Shown piece by piece: positions 50,695 to 64,000 of a DNA stretch of 64,000 nt. The stretch lies in the NCBI GenBank assembly GCA_001643675.2, contig LSRY02000007.1:558001-622000 (forward strand). Direction: 5' to 3'. The notes beneath the pieces were generated by a model. It ran no database searches and was not told where the DNA came from. It saw only the letters and a program-made list of their open reading frames with translations. Source of the stretch: Monocercomonoides exilis PA203. Lineage: Eukaryota; Protista; Preaxostyla. The position numbers were made by a program, and so were the translations under genes. Every line of letters starts with the position of its first letter. Position 1 is the first letter of the stretch.

Positions 50695-51960
50695 AATAGA
50701 GAGGTCACTGGTTCTTTGAGTGAATTAAACAGCGCATCATTTTGAAATTCTTTCAAATAAAAGAAGAAATGGTGATGAATGATTTGATGCGAAATTGAAG
50801 AGAAATTTTCAATGGAAAGCGCTCCAAAGAATGAAATGTAAAGTTTTAATTTATTTTATAAAGTATTTTTTCGAAGTTAAAAAGGAAATTTTTCATTGTG
50901 GTATATTTTTTTCTCTGAAATTTTGTTGTATTCTCTTCTCGTTGAGACTATTTTTTAGTTGATTACAATTATTTTAATAATCTTTTATTTCACTTTGATT
51001 GTTGATGTTAAGGATGCAAAAATTCATTTACAATTGAAAAAATATTCCATTGATTGAATATTTTCTTCAAATGAACGGCATCTTTAGCTCATTTCGAAGC
51101 TTCTCCGAAGAACAAGACGTGTTGATAGTTTTGTTTAACTCTTCTGAAGTTTCATTGCAATCAAAATTTTCCCTTCTTGATTTTTAATTTTTTATTATTT
51201 TCTTATTTTTATTAAAAAAATGATAAATAATTATAATGTTTCATACATGTTTCACTTTTTTTAAATGAAAGGTCAAAGAGATGTTTATGTTAGAACTACA
51301 TATATCCTTTAAATTGTGAATGAATGAATAAATAAATCTAATAGAAAATTATTCAAGTTTATTTGACTTAAAACAATATTCTCGAAAATAGTCACAAAAT
51401 CTTCTTTTCTTTAATTTTTTTAAAATGAAAAACATATTCAGCCTTTTGAATACCAACATTTGTGTTACGTATTACAACGCAAGTGCATCCTTTAAATAAA
51501 AACTTATCCAAATATTTGGAGATGCTGCAATGTTGATGTGAAACATTTGTGCGAAGTGTAAAAAAAATCACAAATGAAAATATTACAAATAAAAATATAA
51601 AAAAAAAAAAAAGAAAAAAAGAAGAAAAGAAGCGATTATTAATATTTTGATAAAAGCAAACGATAAACGATAACAATAGTCGCAAAATAAACTATTAAAA
51701 AAAGTTGCAGTGTTCAAAATAATGGATAACGTTCATAACTTGGTACAAACCATTATCATGAAAAATCTTTTGAAAATCAATTCGAAAAATTGAAGAACTT
51801 ATTTTTCAAAATAAGAAACACAAAAAGACTTAATATACAAGTTCTGATATGTGCAATATCATTTATATATAAAAGCATTGAAGAATAATAACCTAATTGT
51901 CAAGTTAAAATGTATCTCGTCCTTCATTTGCTCGAAAATATTTTTTTTTTCAAATATGGC

Positions 51961-52798
51961 TTAAATTTGATTCATTGGTGGATCAATGATCCTAAATGAT
52001 GCTTGATGAAGCAACTGATCATTGATAAACAGACGAAGCTCGTATTCACCAACTGGCCAAGCTCTTTAAGAAATAATATATAAAATTGTCAAAAAAAGAA
52101 GCAAAAAAATTTAAACAAACCTTGGAAGTTCAGCATGAGTATCAATAATGTTCATCAACAAGCTAGTCAGATTACATGCGACAATTTCATAATTTGGTGG
52201 CTAAAAAATTATTTGAAGTATTGTTAAAAATATGCGGATCGATAAAAAAGACATACAGCTGTAATGATCAAATTTTATCCATAAATGAAAAAATAAGATT
52301 TTAGTGCTTTAAAAACAATTGCTCTGAAATCCAAACCTACACCGCGAGAATCACTATTAAATGAATCAACAATGAATTATAAAATCTTACAAAAATAAAT
52401 TGAAAACACACTTGCAGACCCAAACGACCCTTCCGTATGAGCCAACCTAAAGCAAATAACATTTTAAAATAGAAATAAATTAACAGAAATCATACCAGAA
52501 CGTGCGATAAAACTATTCTTGCGTGAATCTTTGAGTCTATAAATTTTTGAGAATTAAGCCATCAAATAACAAAATAAGCAATACCAGTTGTATAAAATAC
52601 TCCATCAACTGGCTCGCTCGGAGCGCCAGTGTCATCGGATCTGAATGTCATTTACAAAAATACATTTAATGAAAATAAAGCAAATAGCAAATGTTGCTTT
52701 GGGGCAAACCTATAAAAAGTGACTGATTCGACTTTGATTGGCTTTGAATTATCGGAATCTCCTCCTTTATCTTTATCCTTACTTCCACCACAGCCCAT
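51961..52798 (-). CDS. 140-aa predicted dually acylated protein; exons 52798-52710, 52640-52585, 52536-52496, 52446-52412, 52353-52337, 52258-52257, 52200-52121, 52063-51961
   Basis: Seven GT-AG introns give 423 nt open from ATG to TAA: MGCGGSKDKDKGG...FYRSDDTGAPSEPVDGVFYTTDSKIHARIVLSHVLVGSYGRVVWVCNDSRGVAPPNYEIVACNL...ELPRAWPVGEYELRLFINDQLLHQASFRII... Confidence 0.85.
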
Positions 52799-53029
52799 TT
52801 CTTAAATTATGGTTGTTAATAATAAATCATTCAAAATTTATTTCAAAAACATTTTAAAATTTGCGCTTGATTAAAATTTCACATATTTCATTCAATTTTT
52901 GTTTGATATACCATTATTCAGTATTAAAAATATTTTTTTGCGAACTTTTGCAAAATGATTGATGTAGAATAAATCGTAAAAACAATTGGGAGGATTATAT
53001 TTTCCTTTGACATATCTTTTTGAACGCAA

Positions 53030-53929
53030 ATGATTATTGGAATTATATTTCTTTGTTTGCAAAACTCTTTTGCTGGACGTGGTTGCTTCCAATATCAACC
53101 CCCGGACATTGATTCATGTGCTCCTCCTGAACCTCAAAAAGTGAAAGAAATACCTGTACCTCCTCCAGCTCCTGTGGAACATTGCAAATCTGAAGCACCA
53201 AGTCAATCAAAAGAATCTTCTTCAAAAAAATCGACTCCATTTTCTTTTTGCCAACCAGGAGGTGGGGCTAATTCTCCTTTTGGTTCGTCAACAATGGACA
53301 TAACTAATTTCGCTGCAAAGCCAAGTTTAGATAGCCTTCCTTTGGAAGATTGGTATGTCTCACGATTCATTATTTATGATTGTGTGATTCATTAATGCTT
53401 TTTATTTTTCAGTTTTTCTATGTTCAAGGTACCATTTGGAAATTCCGCTACGAACAAACCAACTTGTGCATGCGTGACGAATATTGGACTTTCAGCTCCT
53501 CCAAACAATCGGTTTGCTGATTGTACATCTCCACGCTCAAGATCATCACGAGGAGCATCTTCTGCTGCACCAAAAAGTGTTGAATGCGTACAGCCACCTG
53601 TTAAGCAGCAAGCAGATCAGTGTTCGAAGCCACAACAAGAACAGCAAGCCGCACAGCCTCAAGGACAAAAAGAGATGACAGAAGAAGAAAAATTCAAAAG
53701 TGTGCATGTTTTTTTTTAATTATAAAGATGGATTTTGTTTTTATTTAATGTGTATGTTTGAATTCTTTTTCTGTTCATCATTGTTAAATACAATTTTAAA
53801 TGCTCAGTGGTAAACAAAGTCTGCGAGACGATACCTAATCTCTTTTCATCAATGTCACCAGAGGACTTGTTCAATCCAGTTGGGAAGATTGAAAGCCTCG
53901 GAATTCCCGTTCAAAAATATCAATGCTAG
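53030..53929 (+). CDS. Secreted Cys/Pro/Gln-rich hypothetical protein, 3 exons
   Basis: Signal-peptide-like MIIGIIFLCLQNSFA; two GT-AG introns link ORFs 53030.. and 53420.. to a last exon ending QKYQC-TAG. Confidence 0.7.
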
Positions 53930-54213
53930 ATTATTTTAAAAAATAATTTCATGATAAAATGTTCCGCACTTCGCAAATAATTTTTATTTGTTTTCTTTTC
54001 TTCCAAACTAAACGCTTGATCGCAAAAAATGAAGATTCACTTATCTACAAGAATTCGTTTTTTAAAAAAAAAAATCGATTTTTTTTTTTTTGATTATTGG
54101 AAAAGATTATTATTAGTTGATTCGAATAAACAAAAAGAAACCTTGAAACAACAAAAGAAAAAAAATTAACTATTATCTAACTTTATTGCAATATATATAT
54201 ATATATGCAGCAT

Positions 54214-54846
54214 TTAATGTTTGACGGCTCTCATAACGCTTCTCCCTGCGACAGCAGCTTCAACACGATGAGCAACAACATCCCAGTCAATATGTTTCAA
54301 AATTGCTTTCACGTATGGGCCGCGACCTGTAGTCTTGTAATCAAGAACAAATGCATGCTCCCAACAGTCGATAAGAAGCAAAGGTTCAACATTCACCAGC
54401 ATTCCCAAATGATGTTCTTCAACCCATGTCACTGTACAAAGGTCAGCGCTGTGATCATAAAGAACAGCAACCCAACCAACTCCACGGGTAGAACCAGCAT
54501 TTTCAACCTCTGCAACAAATTTTTCAAATGAGCCGAAATATTTGACAAAGAAGTTCTGAACGGCTGATGGTGCAGTTGTGTTTGCGGGTGTCAAATTCTC
54601 GAAGAAAAGTTCATGCATATAAACGCCATCCACTTCAAATCCAAGTCTGCGTCTACGATCAATCAAAGCAGCTCCAGTGTGAGCACCGCTTTTGATCTCA
54701 CCAAGAAGGGCATTCGCATTTGTGACATATCCTTTGTACAGATCAAAGTGTTGGTTAATTGCATTTGCGGAAATGCCTTCCATGGGGGAAGCAAGAAGCT
54801 TAGCGAGCAATTCTTCATTAACTTTAAATGGACCTGGTGCAGACAT
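54214..54846 (-). CDS. sod: Fe/Mn superoxide dismutase, intronless
   Basis: Metal ligands in QHFDLY, MHELFF and IDCWEHA; GVGW motif; 210 aa. Confidence 0.95.
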   Translation of the reverse strand: MSAPGPFKVNEELLAKLLASPMEGISANAINQHFDLYKGYVTNANALLGEIKSGAHTGAALIDRRRRLGFEVDGVYMHELFFENLTPANTTAPSAVQNFFVKYFGSFEKFVAEVENAGSTRGVGWVAVLYDHSADLCTVTWVEEHHLGMLVNVEPLLLIDCWEHAFVLDYKTTGRGPYVKAILKHIDWDVVAHRVEAAVAGRSVMRAVKH

Positions 54847-56786
54847 ATTTCTCCGAAAAATATTATCAATTCGATCTTAACCTTTCATTGAATAATCAAT
54901 GTAACTTTTTTTTTGAAATAGTTGACAGTTTAAAAACAAGATTTTTAAGCGAAATCTTATGAAGATTAATAAAGTGTTAAATTTTCTTCTTTTTGATACA
55001 TAGTTAAGTTTGTTCAAATCATTGAGAATTCAATAAAAACAATTGAATGAAGTGGGAAATGTTTGGGTTCAAAAAATAAATTCTTAAAAAAAAAAAAAGA
55101 AAAAGAAAAAGAAATATACAAGAAACAAGCAAGCAAAATGCTATGAAATCTTCGAAATTAACAATAAAAACATGCAAATTGAATAAATTAATATCAGAAC
55201 ATCAAAGAAAAAGTTAAAGTCAATGCAATTCTTATAAATATGCAAAAAAAATTGGCTCAAACAAAATAAAATATTTTTTATCAAGTGCCGGAAGAAATCT
55301 GGGACCAATAACTATTTTAAATAAATTGATAAAAGGGAAAGTTGTTGCACAAACGCACAAAACGAAGTGAATTCAAAATCTGAGATTGTCAGCTTAGAAT
55401 TCATCAATACTTTTAGATAAATCATTGAGACACATCATCAGCAAAGGATGATTTGAGCTTTAAAAAACGAATTTGAAAGAGGCTTTAAAGAAAGAGAGAA
55501 AGAGAAAGAAAGAGGGAGAGAGGGAGAGAGAGAGAAAGAGAAAGAGAGAAAGAGAAAGAGAGAAGAACAAAATATACTGCGAGGCAGCAAGAACAATGAA
55601 AAAAAGAATGTTGCTCTATGTGAGTTAACCTCAAACTTGTTCGGAAGAAAACATAATTTACACACAGGCAGCCAACATAAAAACAAAAATGATATTATTT
55701 TTAATAATAACAACAACAAAGATTTTCAAGAAGGCATGATAACGAAAAAAAAAAACTGCCTTTGTATCATCTCCAATGAGATTTCAAGAAAAAGATAAAA
55801 AAAATACTTTTTAAACAAAAATTGAAATAGAAAAGAAAACCTAAAAAAAAAAAGGATATTCAACATAAAAATGATATAAAAGGTAAGTGTACTTTTTTAT
55901 TTGGTATATGAAAGCAAAGTGTTCTGCTAGCCAGCATACAAAGGAAGAATTGAGATCAAAAAAATAACAAAAGTTGCAAGGAAGTGCAAAAGGCGATATA
56001 CAGACTTCAAAAAAACAATATAGAGAAAAATTATATAAAAATTAAATTAAATAAAATAAAATAAAATATAAAATATCTTCATATTTCGTCAGTAATGACG
56101 ACAAGACTTACAAAAATTGTGTTTAAAAACTTATCTTTGTAAATTGTAAATATAAAGAACAACCTAAATCTTGCTTAACGTTCATTAAAAAAAGAAAGAA
56201 AATAAGAAGAAGAAGAAGCATGACTTCTAACAATTCGAAGATAACTTACTTTGCTTGCGAACTCAAACTAATTTCAAAACTTATTTTTCAAAAAATGTCA
56301 AAAAAACAAAAAAAATTAACATAAAACAGAGAGAAAAATAAATAGAAAAGAAAAACTAGAAAAAAAAAATGATAACATTCATCATCGAACATATCTTGAA
56401 GTGGGGGGGATAAAAGAATAAGAAGCTTCGAATTGTGTTAAGAGCAAAAGCGTTTTAAGCGCCTTGCAAAGACAAGAAGAGAAAGTGTTATCACTAAATG
56501 CATACAACCAGAGATGATGTGAAGTGGAGACGATAAAATAAACAGCTTTTGATTACAACGGTCCGATATGTCAGAAAGACAACCAAGAAAGCTAAGAATG
56601 CGAAAGTGAGAGAAATGACAAGATTATTTTAAAAAATCAATAAATGAATGAATGAAAATAAACATTTAGAAACAAATGGTTTTTATGTTATAGTGAATGA
56701 ACGCTTAGATTAGAACAAGAAGAATAGGAAAAGGGAAAAGAATATCAACATCAGAGAGTTATAAATGAGGAACTCAGTGAAAAAAG

Positions 56787-60947
<4,161 letters not shown>

Positions 60948-61879
60948 CGGGGGTCGTTTTTCGAGAAATTCACTTATGGGGGATTTTTTTTTTTTTTGCA
61001 AATTTTGCTGTTTTTTAAATAAATAATTTTTAAAAAATCAGGTGAATCGAAATAAACGATTATTCAGATATTTGATTCGAAAAAACTGTATGCGTAAAAA
61101 AATGTGCATCCGAACAAAAAACATTTCTATTTCCAATAATGAAAAAAAAAAGTCAAAGAATTCCTCTTAAAATGAAATAGATAATTCTCCATGTATAATT
61201 TGTTTTTGAAAAGTCATTTGTTCTTTTCCATTGTGAAATAAAAATAAGATTACTGTTTTTTGTTTTAGAAAAATAACAGAAATAAATACGTTTTTTGAAA
61301 ATGATCGTATAAAATATGAAAATATCCCATTTTATCTGTTAAATGAATGTGTTTTTCTTTCACCTGTGTTATGGAAAAATAAAATAATTTTTCTTCAAGT
61401 CCTTCAATTATATGGGACAAAATATTTTGGTTTATGAATTTTGTTCCATTCTTCTCTAACAAATATTTTTCTCAATTTTTGAATTTTTTGTGATTATTTG
61501 CTCAGTTACGGTTGATTTATAATGAAATTATTGCAGAAAAAGTTTGGAACAAATCTCAGTTTTTTTCATAAAAGCAAAAATTTTGTCCCATATTTTTTAA
61601 ATCAAAAAAAAACTTATTTAAAGAGATATATTTTTGCAAAAACATTTTTCAACAGTAACTTTTGTTTTTAATTTTCTGGAAAAACTGGAGATTATTTTTC
61701 ACAATATTATTTCACTTTTCACTTTCAAAACTTCACTAAATTGCATTAATAAACATTGTTAAGCATTTGAAAACAAATTGATGAAGTTTCAATAGTGGGA
61801 ATAGGAATTTGATCAAATTATTTAATGTTTTTTAATTTGAAAAATTTACAAAAGGAACTATTCAAAAAATAATGCAGAC

Positions 61880-62790
61880 ATATGTGGGAAATGTATAGAC
61901 TTTCAAGCTTTTTCTGCACAAAGCATGAAAAAATGGTTTCACTAATAACATTATTATTCAAAATCAGATTTTATAATAAATTTGATTTTCATATCCGCAT
62001 ACAAACGTAAACGATATAACAACATTATGTTTTGTGACCAAAAAAGTTATTCAAAAAATGAACCAATTTTGTTGAAAATTATTATTCATAGAAAGTCAAT
62101 CTGAAGTGACAATTTTTCGACAAAAATGCGTGAAGTCAAATATTTTGTATCATATTTCATTTATGAATTAGTCAAATCAAATGCACACAGTTCCAAATCT
62201 TTGACAATTCAAAAATGAAGTAACATGCAATGAAAAATTGACATATAAAATATTCTTATAGATGGTTCAAATATATACAATTTTTTATGAATGGCTGATG
62301 AACATAATTTAAATATTTCTATTCAAAGATAAACTGCTTATGTTGAATCGCAAAATAAATAGTTTGTGATATAAACAATGATACAATAAAGAATCGTTTC
62401 TGGTTTTATTTCCTCTCAAAAGAAAATGGATAATTATTTCTGAAATACTATTTTCTCTGTCAAAAATTTTCTGTTTGACAGTTTTGTTTAAAAATTATGT
62501 TAATGAACACATGGGACAAAATATTTGTCTTTCAGGCATTTTCATTGAAAAATTGTGCATCCGAGATGATCTTTTTGTGATATAAAAATTTTGAAAAATA
62601 TGGTTTTATTTTTTAAAATACATGTAATGTCACACAACATTATGTAATCATATCAATGATGCATGTTTACAGGAATGAAAATCAAATTTATTTGAAATCT
62701 GGTTAAGTTTCAAAATGAAATAAGAGAAACATTTTTTTCTTGCTTTGTGCATAAAAAGCTTGAAAGTCCGTTTTTTTTCCCACATAATAG
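61880..62790. repeat. Diverged long inverted repeat (arms ~61880-62165 and ~62500-62790)
   Basis: For example ATGTGGGAAA..GACTTTCAAGCTTTTTCTGCACAAAGCA versus the reverse complement of TGCTTTGTGCATAAAAAGCTTGAAAGTC..TTCCCACAT; further colinear blocks lie inward. Confidence 0.75.
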
Positions 62791-63411
62791 AGATAACGTC
62801 AATCAAAAACGTCTCAATCAAAATTTTCATCAACTTTTGACTTAAAAAAATAATTGAAAAACAATTTATATTATGAAGCTAATAACAAGGCAAATGACAA
62901 TGAATTTTCATTTCAATTAACACCTCGAAGAAAGTTATGTTTTCGAAAATTATCACGCATATTTTATTTATCATTCACTATAATGATGGAAGAAATATTT
63001 CGTTTTTCATCGAATAAACAAACATATGTTTTTTTCTTCATCTAATTCTTCACTCATCTTCAAAGGCACTTTTTGTTCAATTCAAATAAAAACTTTTTTT
63101 TATTTTCAAGAAATACATTTCGAACTCTGTTTTTAGTTTTCAATCTCTTTGAAATACATTCAAAACGAAAAACACAACACGAGCAATAATCTTATAGAAA
63201 TCAAAGAGTTCGCGTTCACATCCTCAAAAAAACAATTCAATAAGCAAGAAATTGCATCAAAAAGCCAAATAAAATCGTAGCAAGCACGCCACAAACAGAA
63301 AACAACAAATGATGCACTTTTGAAAAAAAAAAAAAACACTCATTTCATTTGCTGATAAAACACAAAACTTTTCACACAACATTAATTCCAAATTCCTCCA
63401 TCTCTTCTTCT

Positions 63412-64000
63412 TCATTTGTTCATGCTTTCAATCAACTTTCTTGCCTCTGCTGACACACTCGACTCCTCTTCCTCTGACATCTCGTTGTATCCAATCGCAT
63501 CTGACATCGTCACCATCACTGTGCCGGGAGGAAAGTGCTGGATGAACTCTCTCTTCAGCACATTCAGCTCCACACGCTCGCACCCTCTTTCCGACAGGCA
63601 GCTCTTCACAACTGCCTCAAATGTGTTCCCTCCAACCCCCTTCATGTCTGGCCTCTCCCCATTCACAATCTTCTGCCCTGCCACCACTGCCTCATACTCC
63701 CCAAATGGGATCTGGAGTGTCAGGCACTCCCACAGCATCATCCCAATCGAGAATGAAACTGACTCCTTTGTCGCTCCCATCTTCTTGTTCATCTGCAGCT
63801 CTGGCGCCTTCCACCTCAGACACTCCTTCCTGTTGTCATCCTCATCCTCAAACGCTGATGAGGGTGGTGGTGAACCTCGACCATTCCTGTTGGCAGATGA
63901 GAAGTCAGAGGAAGATGTGATGATGGTGGAGGCGGAGGAGATGGATGAGGAATCTGAATCATCATCTGAAGAGAAGTCGGAATGCTTGGCAATGCAGATG
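63412..64000 (-). CDS. 3' end of a close paralog of the receptor-pseudokinase (partial; continues past the window)
   Basis: Near-identical to 23344-~23929 in nucleotide and protein sequence (…ARKLIESMNK*). Confidence 0.9.
   Translation of the reverse strand, partial: ICIAKHSDFSSDDDSDSSSISSASTIITSSSDFSSANRNGRGSPPPSSAFEDEDDNRKECLRWKAPELQMNKKMGATKESVSFSIGMMLWECLTLQIPFGEYEAVVAGQKIVNGERPDMKGVGGNTFEAVVKSCLSERGCERVELNVLKREFIQHFPPGTVMVTMSDAIGYNEMSEEEESSVSAEARKLIESMNK

Noticed and set aside
54900-56780. Non-coding RNA or hidden gene in the long A-rich tract
   Set aside because: No tRNA/rRNA structure or coherent exon chain seen; likely 3' UTR and intergenic DNA.

Overview
Eukaryotic, AT-rich, intron-containing genomic DNA using the standard code (apparently intact genes end in TAA, TAG and TGA). 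Short GT-AG introns, giant receptor-pseudokinase genes and DIRS/Merlin relics suggest an oxymonad such as Monocercomonoides (inference, not searched). The left ~8.6 kb is mobile-element rich: a decayed DIRS-type tyrosine-recombinase retroelement carrying a ~1.5 kb cryptic 36-bp-period array of CGCG-N6-CGCG dyads and split inverted repeats, then a complete Merlin (IS1595-type) transposon with 25-bp TIRs, an 8-bp TSD and a two-intron, open transposase. The rest holds a calcineurin-B-like EF-hand gene, TOP3B, a C39-like peptidase, a decayed and an intact (~3071 aa) receptor-pseudokinase plus the 3' end of a close paralog, a SMYD methyltransferase, a large Ser/Thr kinase, a Hook-like coiled-coil protein, a vWA protein, Fe/Mn SOD and a TTBK/CK1 kinase ending in CAAX. 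A 140-aa, 8-exon gene at 51961-52798 is absent from the ORF track and appears to use a 2-nt microexon. All exon models were built by hand from splice signals and reading frame.
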